This document shows positions 1 through 9,930 of a DNA stretch of 64,000 bases, in pieces. The notes beneath the pieces were generated by a model, which worked only from the letters and a program-made list of their open reading frames with translations, searched no databases and was not told the DNA's origin. The stretch spans positions 736,001 through 800,000 of the forward strand of contig OZ219858.1 of the NCBI GenBank assembly GCA_964291395.2, read 5' to 3'. A program made the translations under genes and the position numbers. Source of the stretch: Alphaproteobacteria bacterium. Lineage in GTDB: Bacteria; Pseudomonadota; Alphaproteobacteria; UBA2966. Positions within the stretch are counted from its first letter, which is position 1. Each line of letters begins with the position of its first letter.

Positions 1-1
1 C

Positions 2-397
2 TGGCGGGGTTCAAAGGCAACGATCACGATCTCCTTGATCGGCCTGTCGGGTGCCGGCGTCGGCGCGGTCACGGTGGAAGACGTAACCTGGTTCTGGATA
101 TGGGGTGCGGTGCTCGGAATATTCGTGGGACCCGCCCAAGCTGCCAGTCGCTCGTTCATGGCGAGGGTCGCGCCGCCGGAGCTGCGCACCGAATTCTTCG
201 GCTTGTTCGCCCTGTCGGGCAAAGCGACTGCATTCCTGGGGCCCATCGCCGCGGCCGCAATGACGTCGCTATCCGGTAGCCAGAGTCTTGGTCTCGGAAC
301 CGCCGTCGTGTTTTTTGTGATCGGACTCGGCGTATTGATGACGGTGAAGGAACCGGAACGCCCGGAAACGAAAAGGGCTGCGTCGATCTTCCAATAG
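2..397 (+). CDS. MFS transporter, C-terminal part (UMF1/BtlA-like); 5' end outside window
   Basis: Open from window start; hydrophobic helices; GPAQAASRSFMAR...EFFGLFALSGKATAFLGP motif. Confidence 0.85.
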   Translation, partial: WRGSKATITISLIGLSGAGVGAVTVEDVTWFWIWGAVLGIFVGPAQAASRSFMARVAPPELRTEFFGLFALSGKATAFLGPIAAAAMTSLSGSQSLGLGTAVVFFVIGLGVLMTVKEPERPETKRAASIFQ

Positions 398-463
398 CTC
401 AGATGCTCTCTCAAATCGGTGCCGAGCCGACCGCCCCAGCGGCGCCTTCTTGAACTGCTTGAA

Positions 464-583
464 CAGGGCCGCTTCGGCAGCGCGCGGATGATCCTCGTCG
501 AGGTGTCACATCGGATGGCCGTCGATCACGTCGTTGGGGCCGGTGACGGGAAAGGCGACCACCGGAAAACCGGGCATCGCATC
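464..583 (-). pseudogene. Fragment of a GT4 glycosyltransferase C-terminal domain
   Basis: Manual translation DAMPGFPVVAFPVTGPNDVIDGHPM*HLDEDHPRAAEAAL resembles GT4 EAxAxGxPVAAFPVTGPxDVI...GxLDEDL; in-frame TGA at 508-506. Confidence 0.55.
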
Positions 584-690
584 GTTTGACCGTATCGCCC
601 AACGTCCCGATGGCGCGGAATACGGAGACTTGCGTGCCTTGGCCCCGGGGCGGCATGGTCGGCGCACCGCCGGGAAGGGAGGGCTTGAAC

Positions 691-1467
691 ATGCAGTACG
701 ACGTCGCCGACCGAAAGGTCCTGATCACGGCGGGAGCCGGTGGGATCGGCGCTGTCACCGCCCGCGAATTCCTCGAGCAAGGGGCGAGCGTGTACGTGTG
801 CGACGTTTCGGGTGAAGCCGTCACACAGTTCCTGTCCGAACATCCCAAGGCCGGCGCCATGGTCTGCGACGTCGCGAATGAGCCGGCCGTCGGTGAGATG
901 GTGGCGACCGCCGTCGACGCCATGGGAGGCATCGATGTGCTGGTCAACAATGCAGGCGTCGCAGGGCCGATCGCTCCCCTCGTCGATATAGACCCCGATG
1001 ATTGGCGGCGCTGTATCGAGGTCGATCTCAACAGCATGTTCTACACCTGCCGGCATGCCATTCCTCATATCGAGCAAGCCGGGAACGGCGTGATCGTCAA
1101 CATGTCGTCTGTTGTCGGCCATCTCGGCGCGGCGGAGCGCTCACCCTACGCCGCCGCGAAATCCGCTGTTGTCGGCTTTTCACGGGCCTTGGCCGTGGAG
1201 CTCGGTCCCAAGGGCATATGCGTCAATTCGATCCTGCCCGGATCGGTGGACGGCACCCGCATACGGCGCACGATCAAACGTCACGCCGTAGCCGCCGGTG
1301 TCGGCGAGAACCAGATGACCGAACAGTACGTGAGGGGAAATCTCCTCGGCACGATGCAACAACCCGAGGAGATCGCGGCGATGATCCTGTTTCTCAGCTC
1401 TCCCATGGGACGGTCGATCACGGGACAGTCCATCCACATCGATGCGGGCCATCAAACGTTGCGGTGA
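691..1467 (+). CDS. Classical short-chain dehydrogenase/reductase
   Basis: TAGAGGIG, NNAG, YAAAK motifs; GGGAGGG RBS before ATG 691. Confidence 0.92.
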   Translation: MQYDVADRKVLITAGAGGIGAVTAREFLEQGASVYVCDVSGEAVTQFLSEHPKAGAMVCDVANEPAVGEMVATAVDAMGGIDVLVNNAGVAGPIAPLVDIDPDDWRRCIEVDLNSMFYTCRHAIPHIEQAGNGVIVNMSSVVGHLGAAERSPYAAAKSAVVGFSRALAVELGPKGICVNSILPGSVDGTRIRRTIKRHAVAAGVGENQMTEQYVRGNLLGTMQQPEEIAAMILFLSSPMGRSITGQSIHIDAGHQTLR

Positions 1468-1576
1468 GGGGTGGATTCGGTGATGTTACCGGACCGCTTT
1501 AGTTCCCCGACCCGCGTTTTGATCCGAGGGGCACGGGTGCTACCGTAGTTCTCAAAGCCTCAGGGAGGGCTGAGCC

Positions 1577-2869
1577 ATGGCCCAGGCCGAAGCCTACGAC
1601 GACGTCCAATCATTCGTGCCGCCGGAACCCGTCTGTTTCGTCAACCACGAGCGGGCGAAGGGAATCATGGCGGAGGACGGCCTCGACGCCCTGTTCGCGT
1701 CCGAGGACGTGAATCTCTACTACCTGTCCGGGCATGCGCCCGATTCGGTGCTGGCCCATTTCTACGAGCCGTGGGCGTGCGCCATCTACCCGCGCCACGA
1801 CGGCGTCCCGCCGACGCTGATTACCGGCGAATACGACATGACGTACTGCCTGACCCATCCGACGTGGATGGAAACACGCTTCTACGGGACGGAATGGACG
1901 GCGATCTCTACCATGCTCAAGAAGGTCCACGGAGGGATGGGACTCGGGACCGAACTGCACAAGCCTCTTCAGAAGCTCTACGAGACCACGCTGCCCAAGC
2001 GCAGGGCGACGTACTTCGATTCCGTGATCGATTTTATCGAGACGGAGATGCCCAAGGGCAACCTGCGCATCGGTTTCGACGACCTGCGCATGGGCAAGGA
2101 GGTCCGAGAAAAGATCGGCCCACGCCTGGAGGTCATCGACGGAAAACGGTCCTTCCGGCGTATCCGTCTGGTCAAGACCGAGCCCGAGATCGAGATCCTC
2201 AAGCAGGGAATGGTCGTCAACGAAAACGCCGTTCGCGCCGCAGGCGCCGCCGTCAGGGAAGGTCGTTCCTGCATGGAGATGGTCGACGCCTATCGTGACG
2301 CGGTGCAGCGCGGCGGCGGCAAGTGGCTGGGAGAGCGCGGCATGCTCTTCGGCGCCGGTCCGGACGGGGCGTTCGTCCTCGATCACGACTACACCGAGCG
2401 CATGACCTTCGAGCGGGGCCAGACGGTGATCCTCGACTGCATCTGCCTTTATCGCATGTATCACGCGGACAGCGCGCGAACCGCCAGCGTGGGCGAGCCG
2501 AGCGCCTACCAGAAGACGATGCACGAGGTCGTCAAGGAAGCGATCGCGGCGGGCGAGGACAACCTCAAGGCCGGCGCGCATTCCGCCGACCTCGAGCGCC
2601 TGGGCATGGAGGTGTTCGAGAAGAGCGCCCTGCCCACCGAGGGCGCCACGGTGATCTACCACCCGATCGGGCTCAACGTCTTCGATTTCGGGACACCGGA
2701 GGACGCCGCCGACGGCTGGGTCATGGAGACCGACACCATGGTCAACTTCGAGGTCTTCTACCGGCATCCCGAGCACGGCGGGATGCATATGGAGGATACG
2801 ACCCGCGTGACCGACACCGGGCTGGAGCGTTTCACGACGCTGCCCCACGAGATCATCGTCGCGGGATAG
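1577..2869 (+). CDS. M24 family (Xaa-Pro peptidase/creatinase-like) hydrolase
   Basis: RLVKTEPEI linker; metal-ligand motifs LDC..YHADSART, HPIGL, NFE, HMED; RBS GGGAGGG. Confidence 0.85.
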   Translation: MAQAEAYDDVQSFVPPEPVCFVNHERAKGIMAEDGLDALFASEDVNLYYLSGHAPDSVLAHFYEPWACAIYPRHDGVPPTLITGEYDMTYCLTHPTWMETRFYGTEWTAISTMLKKVHGGMGLGTELHKPLQKLYETTLPKRRATYFDSVIDFIETEMPKGNLRIGFDDLRMGKEVREKIGPRLEVIDGKRSFRRIRLVKTEPEIEILKQGMVVNENAVRAAGAAVREGRSCMEMVDAYRDAVQRGGGKWLGERGMLFGAGPDGAFVLDHDYTERMTFERGQTVILDCICLYRMYHADSARTASVGEPSAYQKTMHEVVKEAIAAGEDNLKAGAHSADLERLGMEVFEKSALPTEGATVIYHPIGLNVFDFGTPEDAADGWVMETDTMVNFEVFYRHPEHGGMHMEDTTRVTDTGLERFTTLPHEIIVAG

Positions 2870-2904
2870 GGGCGTCGACGGCGCACGCCACGAAGGATGC
2901 CGAC

Positions 2905-3693
2905 ATGGATTTCAGTCTCGCCGGCAAGATCGTCCTCGTCACCGCGGCGAGCCGCGGCCTGGGTTATGCCATCGCCGAAGCTTTCCTGGTCGAAGACGCG
3001 ACGGCGATCATTTCGGCCCGTAATCAGGACACCTTGGATGCGGCCGCAGCGAAGCTGAGGGAGGCGACCGGCCGGGAAGCCACGGCCATCGCCGCCGACT
3101 GCACCAGCCAGGACGATATCAGCTGGCTCGTCGGGACGGTCGAGGAGCGATTTGGCCGCATCGATGTCTTGATCAACAATTCGGCGGGCCCGCCCACCAA
3201 GCCGTTCGTGCAGCTTTCCGACGATGACTGGCGCGGCGCGCTGGAGGTCAAGTTCCTGCCGCAAGTGCGCTGCGCCCGGGCGGTCCTTCCCGGCATGATG
3301 GAACGGGGCTGGGGGCGGATCATCACGATCATCGGCACCCACGGCCGCCAACCGCACGCTTACGTCTTTACCGGGGGCGTGGTGAACGCGGCACTACTCA
3401 ACTTCAACAAGGCGCTGGCCGAAGAGGGGGCGCCGGCAAACGTGCTCGCGAATGCCATCAATCCAGGTCCGATCGATACGGAGCGCATGCGATATCTCGC
3501 CGAGGAGAAGGCGCGAGAAGAGGGAATCTCCTATGAGGAAGCCCGCCGGATTCAGACCGAGGAGACCATGCTCAAGCGCTTCGGTCAGCCCGCGGAGGTT
3601 GCCGCGGCGGCTGTGTTCCTCGCCTCCGACAAGGCAGGATTCATCACGGGCGCGACCCTCGATATCGACGGCGGCCAGACAAAGGGCGTTTGA
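2905..3693 (+). CDS. Atypical SDR oxidoreductase (no YxxxK)
   Basis: TAASRGLG, NNSAG, NAINPGPIDT; start placed at MDFSL. Confidence 0.88.
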   Translation: MDFSLAGKIVLVTAASRGLGYAIAEAFLVEDATAIISARNQDTLDAAAAKLREATGREATAIAADCTSQDDISWLVGTVEERFGRIDVLINNSAGPPTKPFVQLSDDDWRGALEVKFLPQVRCARAVLPGMMERGWGRIITIIGTHGRQPHAYVFTGGVVNAALLNFNKALAEEGAPANVLANAINPGPIDTERMRYLAEEKAREEGISYEEARRIQTEETMLKRFGQPAEVAAAAVFLASDKAGFITGATLDIDGGQTKGV

Positions 3694-3717
3694 CGCGCCA
3701 AGAGCCCGGAACGGAAG

Positions 3718-5010
3718 ATGGTCACCACCGCTCGGCACCGAGCGCAACTCGAAACTCCGCGGCCGGATATCGCGCTCGCCCAATCGCTGTTCGAGTCCCT
3801 GCACGAAGCGACCGCTGACGACGAGGGTGTGACGCGCGAGTCCTACGGGCCCGGTGAGAATGCGGCCCACGACATGGTTCGTGACGCGGCGCGGTCGGCG
3901 GGTCTCGAGACGGACGTGGATGCGGCCGGCAACCTCTACATGACCCTGCCCGGTCGTGACCGCACGGCCCCGCGCGTGTTGATCGGCTCGCATCTCGATT
4001 CGGTCCGCCGCGGCGGCAACTACGACGGCGCTGCGGGTGTGCTCGCAGGCCTGTCGGCCGTCGTCGGGCTGCAGCAGGCCGGCATTACGCCGGCGCAGGA
4101 CGTGACCGTGATGGCGATCCGGGCCGAGGAGAGCATGTGGTTCTCCGCCAGTTACATTGGCAGCCGCGCGGCCCTCGGCCTGTTGTCGCCCGGCGAGATC
4201 ACGCGTATCCGAAGAACCGATTCGGGACGTACCATCGCCGAACACATGGTGGACTGCGGCCTTGATCCGCATGCAGTCGCAACGGAACCGCCCCGTCTCC
4301 ATCCGGAGTCCCTGGCCGCCTATTACGAGGTTCACATCGAGCAGGGCCCAGTCCTCGAGGAGCGAGGAATTCCGGTCGGCATCGTCACCGGAATCCGGGG
4401 TAACTTCCGTTGCCGGGAGGCGCGGTGCACCGGCGAGTACGGTCATTGCGGCACGGTGCCGCGGTCACTGCGTCGGGACACGGTCGCGGCGGTCTCCGAA
4501 TTGATCTTCCGGACCGACGATTTATGGGCAGAGCTGGAGGCCGAGGGCCGTGACCTCGCCGTGACCTTTGGCGTGGTTTCAACGGACGCGGCGCTGAGCG
4601 CGGCTAGCAAGGTGGCGGGAGAGACCCGTTTCTCCATGGATGTGCGCAGCCAGTCGGTGGAAACGCTGGCGCGGATGCAGGGGCACTTCGACTCCACGAT
4701 CGCCGATATAGAGGACCGTCGCGGCGTGCGCTTCGACCTCGGACCCCGTTCGGAGACATCGCCCGCAGAGATGGCCCCCTCGCTGCGAACGCGGTTGGCG
4801 GAAGCGGCCGCCGCGCTGCGGGTGTCCGCCACGGACATGCCGAGCGGCGCGGGTCACGACGCGCTCGTTTTCGCCGGCCTCGGCGTGCCCACGGCGATGC
4901 TGTTCATCCGCAACGCCCACGGCAGCCACAATCCGCGCGAAGCGATGGAGATCGAGGATTTCGCGCAGGCGGCCGAGGTGCTAACGATGGTCCTCGCGGG
5001 CCCGGAATAG
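3718..5010 (+). CDS. M20 Zn amidohydrolase (N-carbamoyl-amino acid hydrolase/allantoate amidohydrolase family)
   Basis: GSHLDS, GGNYDGAAGV, AEE, EVHIEQG, SGAGHDA, GSHNPRE. Confidence 0.92.
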   Translation: MVTTARHRAQLETPRPDIALAQSLFESLHEATADDEGVTRESYGPGENAAHDMVRDAARSAGLETDVDAAGNLYMTLPGRDRTAPRVLIGSHLDSVRRGGNYDGAAGVLAGLSAVVGLQQAGITPAQDVTVMAIRAEESMWFSASYIGSRAALGLLSPGEITRIRRTDSGRTIAEHMVDCGLDPHAVATEPPRLHPESLAAYYEVHIEQGPVLEERGIPVGIVTGIRGNFRCREARCTGEYGHCGTVPRSLRRDTVAAVSELIFRTDDLWAELEAEGRDLAVTFGVVSTDAALSAASKVAGETRFSMDVRSQSVETLARMQGHFDSTIADIEDRRGVRFDLGPRSETSPAEMAPSLRTRLAEAAAALRVSATDMPSGAGHDALVFAGLGVPTAMLFIRNAHGSHNPREAMEIEDFAQAAEVLTMVLAGPE

Positions 5011-5038
5011 GCAAGCGCGACTGCGTCTGGAGGGTGGC

Positions 5039-6145
5039 ATGAGTTTCCTCAACGTGGGCGGCGAGAGTTGGGAGGATCTGGCGCTCGACGAAGGCCTCGT
5101 GCACATGGGACACAACTGCAATCACCTCGAGCTCGATCCGGCCATCCACGAAACGATGATCCAAGCGATCGACAGCGGCGCCTACCGGAACTACACGCCG
5201 CCCTATGGTTTCGACGATCTCGCCGCACTCATGGCGGCGGACGTCGATGTTCCAGGCACCGAGGTGATGGTCACCCAGGGGGCCACGGAGGCGATCTACC
5301 AGGCGATGGCCGCGATCCTCGGTCCGGGGGATCAGACCATCGTTTCCGATCCCGGATGGCCGCACATCCCGAACTTCGCCCGCTCGCTGGGGTCGGAGGT
5401 CGTGTCCATTTCGGTGTATTCGCCGAATGCGGGCTGGAAACTCGTCCCGGAGGTGGTGCGGAACCATGTAACACCGCGCACCAGACTGATCACCGTGATC
5501 GACCCGCTCAATCCCCTGGGCTCATGCTATGACGAGGTAGAGATCAAGGCGCTCTGCGAGATCGCCGAGGCCAACGACGCCTGGCTGTTGCACGACGCCA
5601 CCTACCGGGATTTTGCGACCGACAGGAACTTTCCCGCACCGGACTATTCCGAGCGCGCCGTCATGAACATCAGCCTTTCGAAGATCTGCGGTTTCGCAGG
5701 CCTTCGCGTCGGCGCCTCCTTCGCGCATCCCGCTCTCATGGCACGGATCCGCGAGCACCAAGTCGACCGACTCGGGGGGAATTGGGTGGCTCAGCAGGGT
5801 GCCATCGCCGCGTTCCGGACGAAGCCGAAATGGAAACCCCGGGTGCTTGAGATGAACCGGCGTAATCAGGAAGCAATCAAGGCTTGCGTCGATTCCATCG
5901 ATGCGCTGGAGGTCATCTCCTGGCCGCCCGCGGCCAACTTCGTCGCCATCGATATCACGGGAACCGGTCGCGACTCCGAAGCCGTGGTGCGCGCAGTCCT
6001 CGACGAAGGGTTCGTCATCCGCTCGGGCAACTACACCTCAGATCTCTACGGCCCCAATTTCGTGCGTGTAACCACGACGGTTCCCGACGACGACGTCCGC
6101 CGGTTTTGCGACGCGCTGCCGAAAGCTCTGGACCGGGTCTCCTGA
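5039..6145 (+). CDS. PLP-dependent aminotransferase, class I/II
   Basis: TQGATEA, PLNPLG, HDATY, SLSK, GLRVG. Confidence 0.9.
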   Translation: MSFLNVGGESWEDLALDEGLVHMGHNCNHLELDPAIHETMIQAIDSGAYRNYTPPYGFDDLAALMAADVDVPGTEVMVTQGATEAIYQAMAAILGPGDQTIVSDPGWPHIPNFARSLGSEVVSISVYSPNAGWKLVPEVVRNHVTPRTRLITVIDPLNPLGSCYDEVEIKALCEIAEANDAWLLHDATYRDFATDRNFPAPDYSERAVMNISLSKICGFAGLRVGASFAHPALMARIREHQVDRLGGNWVAQQGAIAAFRTKPKWKPRVLEMNRRNQEAIKACVDSIDALEVISWPPAANFVAIDITGTGRDSEAVVRAVLDEGFVIRSGNYTSDLYGPNFVRVTTTVPDDDVRRFCDALPKALDRVS

Positions 6146-6157
6146 AGTCGCGTATCC

Positions 6158-7057
6158 CTACCCCTTCTTGTTCTCTCGCCAGATGTCGTTGACCACGTTG
6201 TAGAGGTCGCTCCAGTCGTTGTCGCCGTGGCCCCGCTCCAGGGCGGCGTCGTAGGCCGCCAGCGCGGCGGGCGCGGTATAGCAGGGAAAGCCCTCCCGCT
6301 CCATCACCATGCGCGCGATGTTGACGTCCTTGCGGGCATGCTTGACGGCGAAGCCGGGGTTGAGGTTCCCCGCCAGCGCCTTGTTCGGGAAATGCTGTCT
6401 CGAGTGTCCGTTGCCCGCGATGGTGCCGTTGATGACTTCGAGCGCCTTGTCGGGACCGACGCCGCCCGATTCGGCAAGCCGCAACGCTTCGGCGACCATC
6501 ACGGCGCCAACCGTCGACATGAAGTTGTTGACGATCTTGCAGGTCATGCCGTGACCCACGTCGCCGCAGTCGATGATCGTCGTGCCCATGGCCTCGAGCG
6601 CCGGCATCGCCGTGGCCTTGTCTTCCGCCGAACCCGCGACCATGAACATCGAGGTGCCCTGGCGGGCATCATCGGCCGTCCGGCCCACCGGCGAATCGAC
6701 ATAGCCCCAGCCCGCGGACTTCGCCTGCTCGGCGAACTCAAGGACGGCGCCCGGATCGATGGTGCACATCACCATGACGACGCGTCCGTCGCCGGGGCTC
6801 TTCAGCAGCCCGTCGTCGCCGTTCAGCACGGCGTCGACCTCGGGCACGTCCGGCACCATGACGATGACGAGCTGCGAGCCCTCGCCGGTGGCGCCGGGCG
6901 TGTCGACGATCTCGCCGCCGTTCGCCTTGACCCCGTCGCCGGCGCCGGGAAGGGGGTCATACCCTTTCACTTTGAAGCCTGCCTTGAGCAGGTTGTTGGA
7001 CATCGACGTGCCCATGAGGCCGAGGCCAATGAAACCAACTTGTTCGATCTTGCTCAT
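6158..7057 (-). CDS. beta-hydroxyacid dehydrogenase family, YihU (sulfolactaldehyde reductase)-like
   Basis: GFIGLGLMG, DSPVGRT, KIVNN, GH...FPNK; start at MSKIEQ after AGGGAAGG. Confidence 0.85.
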   Translation of the reverse strand: MSKIEQVGFIGLGLMGTSMSNNLLKAGFKVKGYDPLPGAGDGVKANGGEIVDTPGATGEGSQLVIVMVPDVPEVDAVLNGDDGLLKSPGDGRVVMVMCTIDPGAVLEFAEQAKSAGWGYVDSPVGRTADDARQGTSMFMVAGSAEDKATAMPALEAMGTTIIDCGDVGHGMTCKIVNNFMSTVGAVMVAEALRLAESGGVGPDKALEVINGTIAGNGHSRQHFPNKALAGNLNPGFAVKHARKDVNIARMVMEREGFPCYTAPAALAAYDAALERGHGDNDWSDLYNVVNDIWRENKKG

Positions 7058-7268
7058 GTGTCCTTCCCTTGACGGCTGCGCTTCTCTCGATCCGACCGGC
7101 GGACCGGGACGCGCGAACCTACACGGCGCGTGTGGGCACTTCAACGGCGCGCCGCGGCTTCCGGTCCGACGACTTACATGAGCCGTCCAGATGCCTCCCG
7201 GCGCACTTGGAAGCAGCCGGTCCCCAGCGGCGCTGTGTTCGAAATCGAACCGGTGCAGACGCGGAACG

Positions 7269-8075
7269 TCAGGATTGGGGGTCGACGTCGAGTCGGGCGA
7301 CCACGCCGCTCAGGTTGGATTTCGGTGCCGGGTAATAGGTCATGACGAGGGGGTCATGGCCCGGGATGACGTGATCGGCGCTCCCGGCCATGTCGTGCAT
7401 GCGCCGATGGCCTTCCAGCATGTCGGCGACGTTGTAGACAACGGGGAACGGCGCGCCGGCGTGCATGTTCTCGTAAAAGTGGGCGGCATCGGAGGCGAGC
7501 ACCAACGGGCCTCGCCTGGTCGTCACGCAAACGAACTGCATGCCCATGGTATGGCCGCCCACGTGATGAACCGTAATCCCCGGCGCCACTTCGCCATCGC
7601 CATCGTGAAACGCAACGCGGCCGGCGAACACGTTTCTCACCAGATCGACAACGTGATCGCAGGAGTAAGAGTGCCCGAACGTCAGCTGACACATGTGGCG
7701 TCCCGTGGCGTAGGTCACCTCACTGTCCTGGATATGGAACCTTGCGGCCGGGAAGTCGCCCAGGGTGCCAGCGTGGTCGTAGTGCAGATGGGTGATGATC
7801 ACGTCCTCCACTTTCGCGGCATCAACGCCGATCATCTCGAGCCCCTCGCGCGGCAGCCGCTCGATGGTGCGGTTGCGACGTACTCCCTCTTCGGCGTCGA
7901 AGCCCGTATCCACGACGACGGTTCGGTCGTCGTTCACGATGGCCCAGACGAAATAGTCGATCGGCATGCCCCCTTCGTGGGGGTCGGGCGGCGTGATGAA
8001 GTTGTCCCGTCGCAGGCGTTCAGCAAACGTCCCGTAACGGATGGCGTAGACCTCGTAGGTCTCGGAATTGCTCAT
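7269..8075 (-). CDS. Metallo-beta-lactamase fold hydrolase (AHL-lactonase-like)
   Basis: VDTG, THLHYDH, GGHT, ASDA, IPGHD. Confidence 0.9.
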   Translation of the reverse strand: MSNSETYEVYAIRYGTFAERLRRDNFITPPDPHEGGMPIDYFVWAIVNDDRTVVVDTGFDAEEGVRRNRTIERLPREGLEMIGVDAAKVEDVIITHLHYDHAGTLGDFPAARFHIQDSEVTYATGRHMCQLTFGHSYSCDHVVDLVRNVFAGRVAFHDGDGEVAPGITVHHVGGHTMGMQFVCVTTRRGPLVLASDAAHFYENMHAGAPFPVVYNVADMLEGHRRMHDMAGSADHVIPGHDPLVMTYYPAPKSNLSGVVARLDVDPQS

Positions 8076-8199
8076 CGTGTCTTCACCTGTTCTCTGAGTT
8101 GATCCCGGGCGTGCGTTGCCGAGAGCCACCCATTATAAGAGCAGCGGATCGGCGAAAAGGCGAGCCGGCGTCCAAGCCGGCCCCATCGCGGGAGAGGAT

Positions 8200-9447
8200 A
8201 TGGTCAAGCTGAACGACGAAGAACGGGCGATGCTCGCAGGCCGGTTGGGCGAGCCGCGCAGACTCTCCATGGAACACATCCTTGAGGTGGGCCGGTTCTT
8301 CGATGCCGAGGATCTGGTGGAAGTCAGCCAGGTCCACCTCATGGCGGACACCGAATCCACCGGTGAAGCCGGACTCCAATACCTCGAGATGCTCGGTAAG
8401 TATCCCGAAGGCGAACGTCGGGTGCGGGTGCCGACAGTGACCGATCCGCTCGGATGCGACTTCGCCAAGGCGGACCGGATCAACCATCCGGAAGAGTTCA
8501 TCGCCCAGGAACGGCGCCTCAGCGCCGCCTTCCAGAGCCTCGGCATTCTCATCACCCAGACCTGTATCAACTATCAGACCATCCTGCCGCCGGTCCTGGG
8601 TGAGCATCTGGCTTACGGCGATACGGGGTCGTCGATCTACGCCAACAGCGTGATGGGCGCGCGTACGAACTTCCAAGGCGGACCTTCGGCTCTGGCGGCG
8701 GCGCTTACCGGCCGGGTGCCGCGGTACGGATTTCACCTCGACGAGCGTCGGCGCGGTACCAATCTCTGGGAGCTTCGATGCCGGCCCGAGTCCCTGTCGG
8801 ATTGGGGTGCCGCCGGGGCCATCATCGGCCGGGCGCAGGGTTCGTACTGGGAAGTGCCAGTGATCGTGGGCGTCGACGATGCGCCCACGTCCGACGAGCT
8901 CAAGCAGTTCGGCGCCGCGCTGGCCAGCTTCGGGTCGACGCCCCTCTTTCACATGGTCGGCATCACGCCCGAGGCACCGGACCTCGCGTCGGTATTCGAT
9001 GGCCCGCCGCCCCACGCGACGGAGATCGCCCGCGCCGATATCGACGGGATCTACAGCGGATATCGGCCGGACGACGACAGGCTGGATGTGGTCGTCTTCG
9101 CCGCGCCGCAGTTGTCCCTGATCGAGATGCAGAAGGTGGGGTTGCTGCTCCGCGACCGCATGGTCCACCCCGACGTCACGGTGCTGGCCGCGACGTCGCC
9201 CGAAATCAAGGCTGCGTGCGACCGCATGGGCATCACCGAGATGATCGAGACCTCCGGGGCCGTCGTGCTCGAAGGGGTCTGCTTCTACCAGATGCATGCC
9301 CGGGAGATCGGCGAGGCCAACGGCTGGCGGCGCCTGATGAGCAACTCGGCCAAGATCGTCAACATCCTCGGCGGCTACGGCTATGAACCGGTGCTCGGCA
9401 CCATGGAACACTGTATCGACTCCGCTGTCGCGGGGAGGATCGCGTGA
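8200..9447 (+). CDS. Aconitase X large subunit (DUF521), divergent
   Basis: TCINY, YANSVMGARTN, ALTGRVPRYGFH, GAALAS, FHMVGITPEA, SNSAK; RBS GGAGAGG. Confidence 0.88.
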   Translation: MVKLNDEERAMLAGRLGEPRRLSMEHILEVGRFFDAEDLVEVSQVHLMADTESTGEAGLQYLEMLGKYPEGERRVRVPTVTDPLGCDFAKADRINHPEEFIAQERRLSAAFQSLGILITQTCINYQTILPPVLGEHLAYGDTGSSIYANSVMGARTNFQGGPSALAAALTGRVPRYGFHLDERRRGTNLWELRCRPESLSDWGAAGAIIGRAQGSYWEVPVIVGVDDAPTSDELKQFGAALASFGSTPLFHMVGITPEAPDLASVFDGPPPHATEIARADIDGIYSGYRPDDDRLDVVVFAAPQLSLIEMQKVGLLLRDRMVHPDVTVLAATSPEIKAACDRMGITEMIETSGAVVLEGVCFYQMHAREIGEANGWRRLMSNSAKIVNILGGYGYEPVLGTMEHCIDSAVAGRIA

Positions 9448-9869
9448 TGGCGGACCGCGTCATCCGAGGCCATGTGGGGATCGGTACCAAGGTGGCGGGC
9501 GAGGCGCTGGTGGCCAACGACAACTTCAGCGCCCGCTATGATCTCGATCGCGTGAAGGGAGTCTTCTCCCGGCCGACACACAAGCTCGTCGGGCAGAGCT
9601 ATGTGGGCAAGGTACTGGTGCTCAACGTCGCCAAGGGCGGTGTGGCCACGGCGTGGATGCTGCGTGAGATGGCGGCCCGCGGGATGTGCCCCCTGGCCCT
9701 GCTGCTGAACTTCGCCAATCCGATCATGGCCCAGGGCGCGGCGTTCGGAGACGTCGCCCTGATCGACCGCTTCGAGGTCGACATCACGAGCGCGATCCGG
9801 ACTGGCGAGCGGGTCACGGTCGACCCGGAAACGGGCACGGTGACGGTCCACGGCGGAGGCCCGCGTTGA
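9447..9869 (+). CDS. Aconitase X swivel (small) subunit (DUF126), divergent
   Basis: GEALV, GQSYVGKVLV, KGG; overlaps the large-subunit stop (alternative start GTG 9444). Confidence 0.85.
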   Translation: MADRVIRGHVGIGTKVAGEALVANDNFSARYDLDRVKGVFSRPTHKLVGQSYVGKVLVLNVAKGGVATAWMLREMAARGMCPLALLLNFANPIMAQGAAFGDVALIDRFEVDITSAIRTGERVTVDPETGTVTVHGGGPR

Positions 9870-9930
9870 CCCCGCCGGGTCTGATTCTTACAGTCCCAGG
9901 CAATGAATGAGACTCGGGGAGGATAGTGCC

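Noticed and set aside
430-545. Possible long-range stem suggesting a 6S-like RNA
   Set aside because: No 6S sequence features recognised; better explained as a GT4 relic
2323-2904. Apparent N-terminal extensions (also at 10067, 10635, 25169, 55934 and 53586)
   Set aside because: Run-in through the upstream gene's alternative frame; internal starts with RBS or ATGA coupling fit better, so these are not fusions
7269-8075. Quorum-quenching or antibiotic-resistance role for the MBL protein
   Set aside because: The fold alone does not show this; the context points to catabolism
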